Positions 53,752-64,000 of a DNA stretch of 64,000 bases are shown here, piece by piece (the first letter of the stretch is position 1; every line of letters starts with the position of its first letter). The DNA lies in NCBI GenBank assembly GCA_963767925.1, contig CAVYGB010000008.1, positions 992,001 through 1,056,000 of the forward strand. Direction: 5' to 3'. The notes beneath the pieces were generated by a model that saw nothing but the letters and a program-made list of their open reading frames with translations, was not told where the DNA came from and ran no database searches. Both the position numbers and the translations under genes were made by a program. Source of the stretch: an uncultured delta proteobacterium (GTDB taxonomy: Bacteria; Myxococcota_A; Polyangia; Fen-1088).

Positions 53752-55020
53752 TCAGACCTCGGTCGCGCCCTTGAGCACGGCCTTTATGTCGGCGATCCCC
53801 ACGCCCGGTCCGGTCGGCACGCTCATCTTGCCGTCCTTGACGCGAATCGGAGTATCAAACCAGCCGTTGTATTTCTCGATCCCCAGCTTGTACTCCTGGT
53901 AGCGGCCGATGTCGGGCACCGCCGAGGCGAAGTGCAACATGTAGACGAACCCGAAGCCGCCCGACAGGTGCACCGTGGTGGGCATCTTCGCGAGCTGGGC
54001 CATGCGCGCCACCCGCACCGCCCGGATCATGCCGCCATAGTAGTGGAGGTCCGGCTGGACGATGTCGACCCCCCGGTTGAGGATCATCCAGCGGAAGCGC
54101 CAGTCGCTGTACTCCTGCTCGCCCCCCGCCACCGGGATGGTGAGCTTGTCGGCCACCTCTTTCGTCTCCTCCAGGTGGTCGAACTGGCAGGGCTCCTCGA
54201 AGTAGACCGCCTTGATGTCCTCGAGCATGCGCCCGACCTTGATGGCGTGGGCCGCGTCGTAGGAGCTGTTCGAGTCGGCGTGGATGTCGATGGCGTCGCC
54301 CAGGGTCTTGCGCACCAGGGGGATGAGCCTGTCGGTCCGGTTGGGCATCGAGTCGACGTTGAGGTTCATGCGTCCGCCCACCCGGAACTTCACCGCCTGG
54401 GCCCCGGACTGCTTGACCAGCCCCTGCAGCTTCTCGACCTCCTGCTCGGGCGTCGTGTCGCGGCTGCCGCTGGCCACGTAGATCGCCACCTCCTTGCGCA
54501 CGATGTCTCCCAGCAGGGCGCCCATCGGCTTGCGCGCCACCCGCCCCAGCAGGTCGAGGACGGCGAATTCGACCCAGGCCTGCGGCGACCAGAGGGCGAT
54601 CCCGTAGAGCTTGTAGTTGTCCCGCGCGCGGTAGAGCTCCCAGAGCAGCTTCTCGAGGTCGCGGGCGTCCTTGCCGATGAAGGTCGGGATGACGAGCTGC
54701 TTGAGGATCTTGTCGAGGTAGTCCGCCCGGGGCGGGTTGGCCAGCGAGATCCCCTCGGCGCCGTCCTTGGAGCGGACGTGGACGAAGTGGTCTCCGTCCT
54801 TCTTCAGGAAGCGGATGGAGTCGATGATGATGGGCGAGGTCAGCCCCTCGAGGCGCAACACCGGCTCGGCGGCGGCCCGATCCAGCTCCTCGCCGGTGGG
54901 ACGGCCCCGGCCACCCGCGCCGGGACGTTTGCTTTCGCGCTGCGCCTGGGCCGAAGCACCCAGCCCGATCGCGCCCAGCCCACCGGCACCCGCCAGAAAA
55001 CGACGACGGTCGAAGCGCAT
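53752..55020 (-). CDS. Mandelate racemase/muconate lactonizing enzyme family protein with Tat signal
   Basis: DRRRFL twin-Arg signal; DLLGR..PMGALLG, AVKFR, ADSNS, FEEP, GGEQ and VQPD. Confidence 0.88.
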   Translation of the reverse strand: MRFDRRRFLAGAGGLGAIGLGASAQAQRESKRPGAGGRGRPTGEELDRAAAEPVLRLEGLTSPIIIDSIRFLKKDGDHFVHVRSKDGAEGISLANPPRADYLDKILKQLVIPTFIGKDARDLEKLLWELYRARDNYKLYGIALWSPQAWVEFAVLDLLGRVARKPMGALLGDIVRKEVAIYVASGSRDTTPEQEVEKLQGLVKQSGAQAVKFRVGGRMNLNVDSMPNRTDRLIPLVRKTLGDAIDIHADSNSSYDAAHAIKVGRMLEDIKAVYFEEPCQFDHLEETKEVADKLTIPVAGGEQEYSDWRFRWMILNRGVDIVQPDLHYYGGMIRAVRVARMAQLAKMPTTVHLSGGFGFVYMLHFASAVPDIGRYQEYKLGIEKYNGWFDTPIRVKDGKMSVPTGPGVGIADIKAVLKGATEV

Positions 55021-55052
55021 GGTTCACCTCCGGGGTTACAGAGGCCCCCCTT

Positions 55053-58000
55053 TTACCAGGTTCGCGTGTCGAGGCCGTAGCGGCGTTCGAAGCGGCGCCG
55101 GGGAGGGGGCTTGCCGTACCAGGAGGTCTGGGCGGCGGGCGCCGGCTCGAGCTGGAAGGGGATGAAGAGCAGCTTCAGGTAGCGGTTACGGCCGATCCGC
55201 TCGAACCCGAACAACCCCAGCAACGCCTCCCACATGTAGTCGCCCGGCCGCTTGACCGCAGATTCCCAGATGGGAAAGATGAAGAGCCGCGACGTGCCGG
55301 CCTCGGTGCCCAGCCCGGAGCGGTAATAGATGTTGGGGAAGACGTAACGGGCCACGTAGGTCGGCCGGCGAACTCCCACGAAAAACGGCACCAGGAGGGT
55401 GGTCCGCCGGTCGGGCCCCTTGAAGTCCCAGAACAGGGGGAAGGCCACCGTCGTCGAATCCTGAGGGCTCGAGCGCCGGTAGAACAGCAGCAGGGGCGCC
55501 ACGTTGTAGGCCGTCTGATCCTCCGCGGTCCAGTAGCGGAACAGCAGCGGGACGACCAGGGTCAGGCGGCTCTGGTGGAACCGGTGCACGTCGAACAGGA
55601 ACGGCAGCCCCAGCGTGGTGGTCGAGGTGATGCTGCGGTGGCGCCAGAACAGCAGCAGCCAGCCCTGCAGGCCCCGATCGGGCCGGCTGCGAGAGAAGTG
55701 CAGCAGGGGCGGGATCAGGCGGGTGTGGGTGTCGGTTGTCTTGTTGTGGTGGCTGAACCAGAGCGGCAGCACCATCGTGAAGCTGCTGGTGACGGAGCTC
55801 CGCCGGAAGACGTTGAGCGCGTACCACCAGCTCCGGTCGGGCTCGCGCCGGAAACCGAAGGGCAAGGTGAGGACGGTCTGCGAGCTGGGCCCGTGTTTCT
55901 CGTAAAACAGGGGCAAGACGGCGTGCGAGGCGGTGCGCTTCTCGTCGTCCCGGGAGTACCAGGCCAGCGGCATCAGGCCACGCGTGCGCTGACTTCCCTG
56001 GTTGGCCCAGTAGAGCGGCCCGACGAGGTTGGTCGAGGTGTTGGCCTCCCGATCCCGGAACATCCAGGCCACCGGGAACACGACGGTGTGGCTGCGACCC
56101 TTCTCGCGACCCGCCCAGAGCAGGGGGAAGAGGACCGTCGTGTGCCCCTCGGGGCGGGTGCTCCGGTAAAAGAGGAAGGCAGCGAACAGCTGGCTGGTGC
56201 GCTCCTTGAAGTTCTCCCGGCGGTAAAACAGGGGGGTGGCCAGGAACCGCCGCTCGCTGCTGTGGGCGTAGAAGTAGAGCGGAACCAGGCCGGTGGCGAA
56301 GCCCTCCGGACGCTTGCGCCGGTACCAGGGACCCACCACCGCCATGCTGTGGCTGGGCGACCGCGAGTACCAGAACAGGGGTAGCAGGGTGTCGAGGGCG
56401 TACCCCGCGCTCGGTCCGGCGTGCACCCGGCGGTGGAAGAAGGTGGGGAACACCCAGGTCCCCCGTTCCCGCTCGTCGCTGTAGCGGCCGAACACCGGGA
56501 AGAGCACGCGGGCCTTCGAGCGGGGCGTGTCGACGTTGACCCAGGGGCCGAAGATGCGGGTCCGCTCGCCGGTGTCGAGGCGCGTGATGTCGAACCAGAC
56601 CGGAGGCACCCCGCTGGCCGCCACCGCCTTGTCCCGGTACCAGAAGTAGGGCGGGATGAACCCCACCTTCGTGTTGGGGGTGCGGGCCGCCACCGCGATG
56701 GGGCTGGCGAAGATCCGCGTGTCCTCGGTGCGGCGGTAGTGGACCAGCGGGAAGAGGGTGAAGCTGGTCTCGGGCTTTCCGCCCGGGCGGGTCCCCCGCC
56801 GGAAGTGCAGCAGCGGGAACAGGGCGTGGGTCGTCTCCTGTCCGTGCCGGCGGTAGAGGTAGTTCAGGACCACCGTGGAGGAGCGGTCGATCCGGTCGTC
56901 GCGAAAGCGCCAGAGCAGCGGGAAGACCACGAAGTGGCCGTGGTCGCTCCAGTTGGCGGCAAACAGGAAGGGGAACAGGCCGACGGAGAAGCCGCGGGGC
57001 CCCGAGCGCAGGAACAGCGGCGGCACCACCGTGGTGGCGATCCCGCTCTTGCCGTCGGAGAACCGCCAGAACAGGGGGAACTGCACGTGGTAGCGATCGT
57101 CTCGCTCGCGCCCCTGGAAATACAGGAGGGGCGGGATCCCCATCGCGACCTTGTTCTTGTTGGCGAACCGGAAGAAGAAGGGGGCCGCCACCGTGGCGCT
57201 GCCCTCCCGATCGCGGAAGTGCCACAGCAGGGGGAACAGCACCCCATGGCCCCGGTCGGCCCGGCGCCCGAAGAACGCCAGCGGGAACAGGCCTCCGGCC
57301 CAGCCCCCCTCGGTGTAGCGCCGGTAGTAGCCCCAGAGGGGGAAGACGCCCGCGGCGGTCAGGGTCTGGTCGGGGTTGCTGCGGCGAAAATACAGGGGCA
57401 GCAGGGTGTGGGCGGTGGCGCCATTGGCCGTGTCCCGGAAGTGCCAGAACAGCGGGAACAGCGTGGTGGTGGAGCCCTCGGGATCCTGGCGCCGGTAAAA
57501 GGGGCCCAGCAGGTGGGTGGTGGCGCCGTCGGCGGGGTCGCGGTAGCGCCAGTACAGGCCCAGCACGACGTCGAGCTCGCGCCGGGGATCACGGCGGTGC
57601 ACGATGGGCGGGAGCAGCACGGTGAGGGTCCGCGTCTCCCGATCGTCGTCGCGCCGGTAGCCGCCCAGCGGGGTGACCCAGAAGAAGGTGCGCCCCCCCT
57701 CGCCGGTCCGGGAAAAATACAGCGGGAAGAGCAGCCGCCAGGCCGTGCCTCGCTGCGGATCGCGTCCCGACCAGTAGACCGGAAACAGGGTGGTCAGGGC
57801 GTAGGAGCGGCGCCGCAGGTGCAGGAACGGCGGCACCACCGTTGTGTTCGACTCGGACGAGCGGAAGCTCCAGAACGCCGGGAAGACGACGTCGTAGGCC
57901 GACCCGTTGGTCTTGCGTCCGAACCAGTACAGCCAGCCCACCGCGCCCCGGCGGTTGCCCCCGTCGCGGGAGAAGTAGCCGAGCGGCGAGCCGAGGGTGC

Positions 58001-58919
58001 CCCCCTTGTCGTGCCGGCTCCAGTAGAACAGGGGCAGGGCCAGGTCGTAGTTGCGCGTCCGACTGCGGCCGTACCAGTACAGCCACAGAATGGAGCCCGC
58101 CCGGCTCTCTCCGACCGAATGGCCGTACCCCAGCAACGACACGGTCGTGCTGCCCTCGGGCCGGGACGCCCGGTAGAGCAGGGGCAAGATCAGCAGGTTC
58201 GACCGTTCCCCCCGCCGCCAGTAGAAGTTCAGGGGGATGGCATAGGTGAAGGCGCGCTCGGGCGAGCGGCTGGAGGCGAAGAAGGGGACCAGGAGGTCCA
58301 GGGCCGAGCGGGCCTTGCCGTCCCGGTTCCAGTAGTAGAGGCCGCCGTAGAGCCCGTAGGCCGTCCCGGCCCCCGGGTCCTCGATCTTGAACGAGAGGAG
58401 CAGGGGCGCGGCCCAGCCGAACTTCGTCGAGCGGTAAAAGAGGGGCCAGATGGCCCAGGAGCGGGCGTCGGGCTGCACCGTCTGCGAGAACGGCGGGATG
58501 ACGGTGACCGTCCGCTGCGCCTGGTAGTTTTCGAACCGCCAGTAGAAGGGGGCCACGATGCGGGCCCGCCCCTCGGGGCTCCAGAAGTGCCAGTAAAAGG
58601 GGGTGACGACCCGGTGGCCGGGGTTGCCCCGCCGGTCGAAGTAGAAGGGGATGAACGAGGTGGCGCCGCCTTCCTTGCGGAACAGCAGGGCGTGGATGGG
58701 CGGCTCGACCGCGGTGCAGATCCCCTTTTCACAGATGGTGCCGCCGGGACACTGATTGTCGTCGCGGCAAGCCTGGCCCACCTGGGTGGGCGCGGCGGCC
58801 GGAGCCGGCGCCGGGGCGGCGGGGGTCTGAGCCCTGGCGCTCCCGCCCGCTGCGAGCAGCAGCAGGCCCGCGGCGAGCGCGCCGGCGAGGGTCGTCCTGG
58901 TCGGGGATGGGGCGGTCAC
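55053..58919 (-). CDS. Giant exported repeat protein (aromatic xxFPLFW-type repeats)
   Basis: GTG 58919 overlaps the partner stop. Signal peptide, 4-Cys motif, then about 1180 aa of roughly 15-17-aa repeats. Confidence 0.8.
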   Translation of the reverse strand: MTAPSPTRTTLAGALAAGLLLLAAGGSARAQTPAAPAPAPAAAPTQVGQACRDDNQCPGGTICEKGICTAVEPPIHALLFRKEGGATSFIPFYFDRRGNPGHRVVTPFYWHFWSPEGRARIVAPFYWRFENYQAQRTVTVIPPFSQTVQPDARSWAIWPLFYRSTKFGWAAPLLLSFKIEDPGAGTAYGLYGGLYYWNRDGKARSALDLLVPFFASSRSPERAFTYAIPLNFYWRRGERSNLLILPLLYRASRPEGSTTVSLLGYGHSVGESRAGSILWLYWYGRSRTRNYDLALPLFYWSRHDKGGTLGSPLGYFSRDGGNRRGAVGWLYWFGRKTNGSAYDVVFPAFWSFRSSESNTTVVPPFLHLRRRSYALTTLFPVYWSGRDPQRGTAWRLLFPLYFSRTGEGGRTFFWVTPLGGYRRDDDRETRTLTVLLPPIVHRRDPRRELDVVLGLYWRYRDPADGATTHLLGPFYRRQDPEGSTTTLFPLFWHFRDTANGATAHTLLPLYFRRSNPDQTLTAAGVFPLWGYYRRYTEGGWAGGLFPLAFFGRRADRGHGVLFPLLWHFRDREGSATVAAPFFFRFANKNKVAMGIPPLLYFQGRERDDRYHVQFPLFWRFSDGKSGIATTVVPPLFLRSGPRGFSVGLFPFLFAANWSDHGHFVVFPLLWRFRDDRIDRSSTVVLNYLYRRHGQETTHALFPLLHFRRGTRPGGKPETSFTLFPLVHYRRTEDTRIFASPIAVAARTPNTKVGFIPPYFWYRDKAVAASGVPPVWFDITRLDTGERTRIFGPWVNVDTPRSKARVLFPVFGRYSDERERGTWVFPTFFHRRVHAGPSAGYALDTLLPLFWYSRSPSHSMAVVGPWYRRKRPEGFATGLVPLYFYAHSSERRFLATPLFYRRENFKERTSQLFAAFLFYRSTRPEGHTTVLFPLLWAGREKGRSHTVVFPVAWMFRDREANTSTNLVGPLYWANQGSQRTRGLMPLAWYSRDDEKRTASHAVLPLFYEKHGPSSQTVLTLPFGFRREPDRSWWYALNVFRRSSVTSSFTMVLPLWFSHHNKTTDTHTRLIPPLLHFSRSRPDRGLQGWLLLFWRHRSITSTTTLGLPFLFDVHRFHQSRLTLVVPLLFRYWTAEDQTAYNVAPLLLFYRRSSPQDSTTVAFPLFWDFKGPDRRTTLLVPFFVGVRRPTYVARYVFPNIYYRSGLGTEAGTSRLFIFPIWESAVKRPGDYMWEALLGLFGFERIGRNRYLKLLFIPFQLEPAPAAQTSWYGKPPPRRRFERRYGLDTRTW

Positions 58920-59470
58920 TGGGGAGGGAGCATCTTCCATTCGCCGTTTTCTTTGACGAAGGCAATCTCCCCAGTGTCCGACTCCTCACCCTTCTTGCGC
59001 AACACCTTCAGGGTCGCCGAATCGCCCTTGACCGCCGCCCCCTTGACCTCGAACCGCCAGCCCTCCAGCTCCTTCTGCATCTTCTTGAGGCTGTCGGTGC
59101 TGCCGCTGACCTGGCTGGCCAGGAAGCCCTGGTACATGAGGGCGTAGCAGTCGATCATCTTCTCCATGTCGCCGTCGTTGAGGGCCTTCTTCCAGCGATC
59201 GAAGGTCTTCTCGGCGCTCGAAAACTCGGGGCGGGCAGGGGGAAGCTGGAAGGCGATCGACTTGACCTTCTCCCGGGGCAGCTTGACCAGGTTCCCCCCG
59301 GTATCGAGGGTGAACACCCCGTCGTAGTAGTGGACGATCTTGCCATTGAGCTTCGTCTTGTCGACCAGCTCGAAGATCTCGGCTCGGGCCACACCCGCCG
59401 ACAGGAGCAGGGTCACGAGGCCGGCCCCCAGGGTGGCGCCCAGGGTCCGCGCGGGGTTTCGACTGTTCAT
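58916..59470 (-). CDS. Exported hypothetical protein with small beta domain plus NTF2-like domain
   Basis: Signal peptide ending ARA; SSAEKTFDRWKKALNDGD..GDSATLKV..FVKENGEWK. Confidence 0.7.
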   Translation of the reverse strand: MNSRNPARTLGATLGAGLVTLLLSAGVARAEIFELVDKTKLNGKIVHYYDGVFTLDTGGNLVKLPREKVKSIAFQLPPARPEFSSAEKTFDRWKKALNDGDMEKMIDCYALMYQGFLASQVSGSTDSLKKMQKELEGWRFEVKGAAVKGDSATLKVLRKKGEESDTGEIAFVKENGEWKMLPPQ

Positions 59471-59510
59471 CGGCTCCGGTCTCCGTTTTCTCTCCATCAG
59501 GCCGTCCATG

Positions 59511-60791
59511 TCAGACATTCGTCAAGCCGGGAGCGGGGAAACGCGCGGTGACCTCCCGGACCTCGCCAAAGACCTTCTCGCACACCTCGTCGCTGGGGTC
59601 GCGGATGACCCGGTCCATCCAGTCGGCGAGCTGTTTCATCTCGGACGGGCCCATGCCCCGGCTGGTGACGGCGGGGGTGCCCAGGCGGATGCCCGACGGG
59701 TCGAACGGCTTGCGGGTGTCGAAGGGCACCGAGTTGTAGTTGAGCTCGATGCCCGCCCGATCGAGGGCCTTGGCCGCCAGCTTGCCCGGGACGCCCTGCC
59801 GGGTGAGATCGATGAGGATGAGGTGGTTGTCGGTTCCGCCCGAGACGAGGTCGTAGCCGCGCGCCGTTAGCCCCTCGGCCAGGGCCCGGGCGTTGCTCAC
59901 GATGTTCTGGGCGTAGTCCTTGAAGGATGGCTGGGCGGCCTCTCGCAGCGCCACCGCCAGGGCAGCGGTGGTGTGCTGGTGAGGACCACCCTGCAGGCCG
60001 GGGAAGACCGCCCGGTCGATGGCCTGGGCGTGGTCGGCCCGGGCGAGGATCATGCCGCCTCGCGGTCCCCGCAGCGTCTTGTGGGTCGTCGTGGTCACCA
60101 CGTCGGCGAAGGGCACCGGCGAAGGATGGGCTCCGCCCGCCACCAGGCCGGCGATGTGGGCGATGTCCGCCGCGAAGCGGGCCCCCACCTCGCGCGCGAT
60201 GTCGGCCATGGCCCCGAAGTCCCAGGTGCGGGAATAGGCGGTTCCGCCCGCCCAGAGGAGGGCCGGCCGCTCTTTCCGGGCGAGGTCGCGGACCTCGTCG
60301 TAGTCGATGCGGCCCGTGTCCTTGCGCACGCCGTATTGCACCGACTGGAAGTAGCGGCCGGTGATCGAAACGTTCCAGCCGTGGGTGAGGTGCCCGCCCA
60401 TGGGCAGGGCCAGGCCCATCACCTTGTCCCCGGGCTTCAGGAAGGCCAGGTAGACGGCCAGGTTGGCCGGCGAGCCCGAGTAGGGCTGGACGTTGGCGTG
60501 AGCCGCCCCGAAGAGGTCGGTGGCCCGCTTGCAACAAAGCGACTCGAGCGGGTCGACGAACTGCTGTCCCTCGTAGTAGCGCTTGCCCGCGTAGCCCTCG
60601 CTGTACTTGTTGGTGAAGACCGAGGCCGAGGCCTCCAGGACCGCTCGCGAGACGTAATTCTCCGAGGGGATCAGGCGGATCTTCTCGCCCTGGCGCCGGT
60701 CCTCGCTGCGACAGAGGGCAAACACCTCGGGGTCGGCGGTGGCGAGCGCGGGATCGCCTGTCCTGGTGGTCTTCTCCTCCTGGGCGGCCAT
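59511..60791 (-). CDS. glyA: Serine hydroxymethyltransferase
   Basis: [35 protein letters not shown] and SGIRLGTP. Confidence 0.97.
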   Translation of the reverse strand: MAAQEEKTTRTGDPALATADPEVFALCRSEDRRQGEKIRLIPSENYVSRAVLEASASVFTNKYSEGYAGKRYYEGQQFVDPLESLCCKRATDLFGAAHANVQPYSGSPANLAVYLAFLKPGDKVMGLALPMGGHLTHGWNVSITGRYFQSVQYGVRKDTGRIDYDEVRDLARKERPALLWAGGTAYSRTWDFGAMADIAREVGARFAADIAHIAGLVAGGAHPSPVPFADVVTTTTHKTLRGPRGGMILARADHAQAIDRAVFPGLQGGPHQHTTAALAVALREAAQPSFKDYAQNIVSNARALAEGLTARGYDLVSGGTDNHLILIDLTRQGVPGKLAAKALDRAGIELNYNSVPFDTRKPFDPSGIRLGTPAVTSRGMGPSEMKQLADWMDRVIRDPSDEVCEKVFGEVREVTARFPAPGLTNV

Positions 60792-60800
60792 GGCCCCGGC

Positions 60801-60829
60801 AAGCTAGTCCGCCGAGGGTTCCTAGTCAA
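60801..60829 (-). promoter_or_regulatory. Sigma70 promoter of glyA
   Basis: Minus strand TTGACT-N17-TAGCTT, 9 nt before ATG 60791. Confidence 0.55.
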
Positions 60830-60855
60830 CGCGGGTCGCGCCTGGCTGGTCCGGT

Positions 60856-62744
60856 TTACGCCGGCGGGGGTGTGACAGTGGCAGCGCGTGTGGGGGCCCC
60901 GTTTTCCTTGACCACCCGCCCGAACAGGGTGGCCAGCTCCGCCTCGGCGAGCGTCTCCTTCTCCAGCAGGGTGCGCGCGCCCTCCTCGAGCAGGGAGCGG
61001 TTGCGGTCGAGGATGGCCCGCGCCCAGACGAAGGACTGATCGACGATGCGCCGGACAGCCCCGTCGATCTCCCGGGCGGTCTCGTCGCTGTAGTCCCGGC
61101 GGGACAGCGACCCCAGCCCCGGACCCAACATCCCGATCGGCTCGTTGTCGTAGGTCACGTGGCCGAGCTCCGGGACCATCGCGTAGCGGGTCACCATGCT
61201 GCGGGCGATCTCGGTGGCCTTGTTGCAGGTCGTCGGCCGCGCCGGTCGACAGGTGGCCGAAGATGAGGTGCTCGGCCGCGCGGCCGCCGAGCAGCACGGC
61301 CATCTTCTTCTCGAGCTCCTCGCGGATCATGAGGTAGCGGTCCTCGGTCGGGCGCTGGATGGTGTAGCCGAGCGCGCCGACTCCCGCGCGGGATGATCGA
61401 GACCTTGTGCACCGGATCGGTCCCGGGCAGGGCGGCCGCGACCAGCGCGTGGCCCATCTCGTGGTGCGCCACCACCCGGCGCTCCTGCGGGGAGAGCAGG
61501 CGGTTCCGCTTCTCCAGGCCGGCCACGATGCGCTCGATCGCGGCGGTGAAGTCGGCGAGGATGACCTCGCTGGCGCCCCGCCGGGTGGCGACCAGCGCCG
61601 CCTCGTTGACCAGGTTGGCCAGATCGGCGCCGGTGAAGCCGGGGGTGAGCCCGGCGACGTCGTCGAGGTTCACGGCCTCGCCCATCGTGATCTTCTTGCT
61701 GTGGACCCGCAGGATCTCGGCCCGCGCCCCGCTTGTCCGGCCGGTCGACCAGGACCTGCCGATCGAAGCGGCCGGCCCGCAGCAGGGCCGGATCGAGGAT
61801 CTCGGGCCGGTTGGTGGCGGCGATGATGACGATGCCGCTCGAGGCGTCGAAGCCGTCCAGCTCGACGAGGAGCTGGTTGAGCGTCTGCTCCTTCTCGTCG
61901 TGGCCGCCCATGGCGCCGCCGGCGTGGCGCGCCCGCCCGAGGGCGTCGAGCTCGTCGATGAAGATGATGCACGGCGCCTTCTGCCGCGCCTGCTCGAACA
62001 GGTCGCGCACCCGGGCCGCGCCCACGCCCACGAACATCTCCACGAACTCCGAGCCGCTGATGGAGAAGAAGGGCACGTCGGCCTCGCCCGGCCACCGCCC
62101 GGGCCAGCAGGGTCTTGCCGGTTCCGGGCGGGCCGACCAGCAGCACGCCCTTGGGCATGCGGGCGCCGAGCCGGCCGTAGCTGCTTCGGATCCTTGAGGA
62201 AGGAGACCACCTCCTCCAGCTCGTCCTTGGCCTCGTCGACGCCCGGCCACGTCCTTGAAGGTGACCTTGATGTCCGTCTCGACGTAGACCTTGGCCTTGC
62301 TCTTGCCGATGGCCATCAGCCCGCCGCCCGGTCCGATCCGGCCGGCCATCCGGCGCATGATGAACATCCAGACGGCAAAGAACAGCACCAGGGGCACGAC
62401 CCAGGAGAGGATCGCGGCCACGAAGGTGCTTCTCGCGCTGGGCGGAGAACTTGACCTCGTGCTGGCTCGAGCTCGTTGGCCAGGTCGGGCTCGACCCGGT
62501 TGGTGACGAACTGCTTCTTGCCGTCGATCGGCTCCTTGAGGGTGCCCCGGATCTCGCCCGAGGAGACGATGACCTCCTCGATCCTGTTTTCCTTCAGGAG
62601 CCGCTCGAACTCGCTGTAGGGCAGGGGGGTAACCCCCTGCACCCGGGACCAGACGTCCTGGAGCAGGAGGATCGCGAGCAGCGCGACGATGATGTAGCTG
62701 ATACTGAAGCGCGTACGATCGGGGCCGGGGCTGGCTGCAGGCAT
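60856..62744 (-). pseudogene. ftsH: ATP-dependent zinc metalloprotease FtsH broken by eight +1 frameshifts (pseudogene or sequencing error)
   Basis: Pieces across frames: two TMs, [29 protein letters not shown] and HEMGH. Single extra bases near 62466, 62431, 62243, 62181, 62088, 61726, 61383 and 61222. Confidence 0.9.
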
Positions 62745-62812
62745 GGCGTTATTGTCCTGGTCCTACTATGCGATGCCGTGGAGGTTCCGGCACACGCCGC
62801 ATAGCACGATAT

Positions 62813-63787
62813 TTATTCCCGGGGCGAGACCGCGTCTAGCCTCGCGCGGAGGGCGGCGCCGGCCGGGGTGTCGCGCAGGCTGGCCAGTCGTCGCAGGTAG
62901 TGGGCCAGCGCCCAGAGGTCCGGATCTTTGATGGCGCCCTTCCAGGTGGGCATGGCGGCTCCGTCGATGCCAGCCGCCACGGTGCGGAAGATGGCCCGCG
63001 GGGACGACCCGTTCTTTAGGTGGTGGAACAGGAAGTCGGTGGGCAAGATGCTCAGCTTCGTCTCGCCCGCCTTGTAGTCGCTCTCCTTGAGTATGGGGCG
63101 GGTCGGGCGTTCGCGCTCCTGGGCCGGTTTACCGAGCACCGCCTGCGACAGCGCGGCCAGCTCCTTCGCGGGCAGGTAGCTGGGGTGGCAGGCGATGCAC
63201 CCGGCCAGCACCGTCCGGGGCTGCTGGGTGGCGGGGTCCATCTCCACCCCGGACAGGTGGTAGATCTTCTCCCCCAGCTTGAACGCCTCCTCCTCCCGGC
63301 CCACCCAGGGGTCGGGGACGTCGGGCTGGACCAGCTCACCGGGGGTCTCGTTCTTCCAGCGGGGCGAGAAGGTCTTGATGTACGCGACGACGGCTACCCG
63401 GGCCGGTTCGCTGAGATCCCAGGGCAACATCGAGGTCCCGGCCAGGCCGTTGCGCAGGAGGGCCAGCAGGTCGGCGTCGTTGGGGAGCTCCCCCGCGGCC
63501 ACCCCCGGGAACTTGAACTTGCCCGCGGTGAAGTCCCGGGGCGGGGGCCGCATGCCGGCGGCGGCGGGCCCGTTGCCATCTCCCTTTTCCCCGTGGCAGG
63601 CGTAGCAGAATTGCAGGTAGACCTCGTGGCCCTGGTTCAGCAGGTCGGAGGGGATCACCTGGCCGCCCAGCTTCTGCGCCTCGCGGAACTTCGGCTGCTC
63701 CCGGCAGCCGGTGGCGGTCAGCCCCAGCCCGCCGGTGAGCGCGACAAGGCCCGTGAACGCGACGAGCTGAGCAGGCTTTCCCTTCAT
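62813..63787 (-). CDS. Di-heme c-type cytochrome, probable lipoprotein
   Basis: CYACH and CIACH, with distal Met motifs GTSMLPW and GAAMPTW; lipobox-like ATGC. Confidence 0.88.
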   Translation of the reverse strand: MKGKPAQLVAFTGLVALTGGLGLTATGCREQPKFREAQKLGGQVIPSDLLNQGHEVYLQFCYACHGEKGDGNGPAAAGMRPPPRDFTAGKFKFPGVAAGELPNDADLLALLRNGLAGTSMLPWDLSEPARVAVVAYIKTFSPRWKNETPGELVQPDVPDPWVGREEEAFKLGEKIYHLSGVEMDPATQQPRTVLAGCIACHPSYLPAKELAALSQAVLGKPAQERERPTRPILKESDYKAGETKLSILPTDFLFHHLKNGSSPRAIFRTVAAGIDGAAMPTWKGAIKDPDLWALAHYLRRLASLRDTPAGAALRARLDAVSPRE

Positions 63788-63792
63788 CGCGC

Positions 63793-64000
63793 TCACACCA
63801 GGTAGACGGCCACGAAGACCAGCCCCCACAAGATGCCCACCATGTGCAGGTAGAGGGTCCACAGGCGCAGGGGGATGGGGCGCACGCCGCCGCCCAGGGC
63901 GCCGGCCGCGAGGAGGCTGCCCAGCCCCACCAGGCCCACCAGGACGTGCAGCGCGTGAAAGCCGGTCAGCCCGAAGAACACGGATCCGTAGGGGCCGGAG
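63793..64000 (-). CDS. Cytochrome c oxidase subunit III family, C-terminal part (5' end outside the window)
   Basis: YGSVFFGLTGFHALHVLVG..LYLHMVGILW. Confidence 0.85.
   Translation of the reverse strand, partial: SGPYGSVFFGLTGFHALHVLVGLVGLGSLLAAGALGGGVRPIPLRLWTLYLHMVGILWGLVFVAVYLV

Noticed and set aside
55053..58919. Possible CRISPR array or DNA tandem repeat (recurrent GGGAACAG-like words)
   Set aside because: The recurrence is explained by protein-level LFP repeats in one open frame; there are no identical repeats with unique spacers.

Overview
Very GC-rich chromosomal window, most likely from a Myxococcota bacterium. This is inferred from a MYXO-CTERM-sorted protease, five eukaryote-like Ser/Thr kinases and many lipoproteins. 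About 55 CDS are supported. I found no rRNA, tRNA, CRISPR array, transposase or prophage. Recognisable metabolism: tyrosine catabolism (fahA-hppD-hmgA), cobamide salvage and uptake (cobS, cobU, cbiB, BtuB/C/D/F-like), acs/acyP, accD-folC, glyA, ftsH and the tail of a cytochrome c oxidase operon. The most intriguing unexplained elements are: (1) a tightly coupled lipoprotein / outer-membrane barrel / type-1-copper protein / membrane Ser/Thr kinase cassette, with a paralogous kinase about 25 kb away; (2) an exported double-glycine peptide coupled to a lipoprotein C39 peptidase behind a sigma54-like promoter; (3) a ~1290-aa exported protein built from dozens of aromatic 'xFPLFW' repeats, plus a coupled partner; (4) an 80-aa Sm/LSm-like protein; (5) an orphan PilB/GspE ATPase with four MshEN-like half-motifs; (6) recurrent -10 boxes 6-9 nt upstream of start codons, suggesting leaderless mRNAs. 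The btuB-like gene has one homopolymer frameshift and ftsH has eight +1 insertions; both may be sequencing errors. All family assignments come from motif recognition by eye; no database searches were run.
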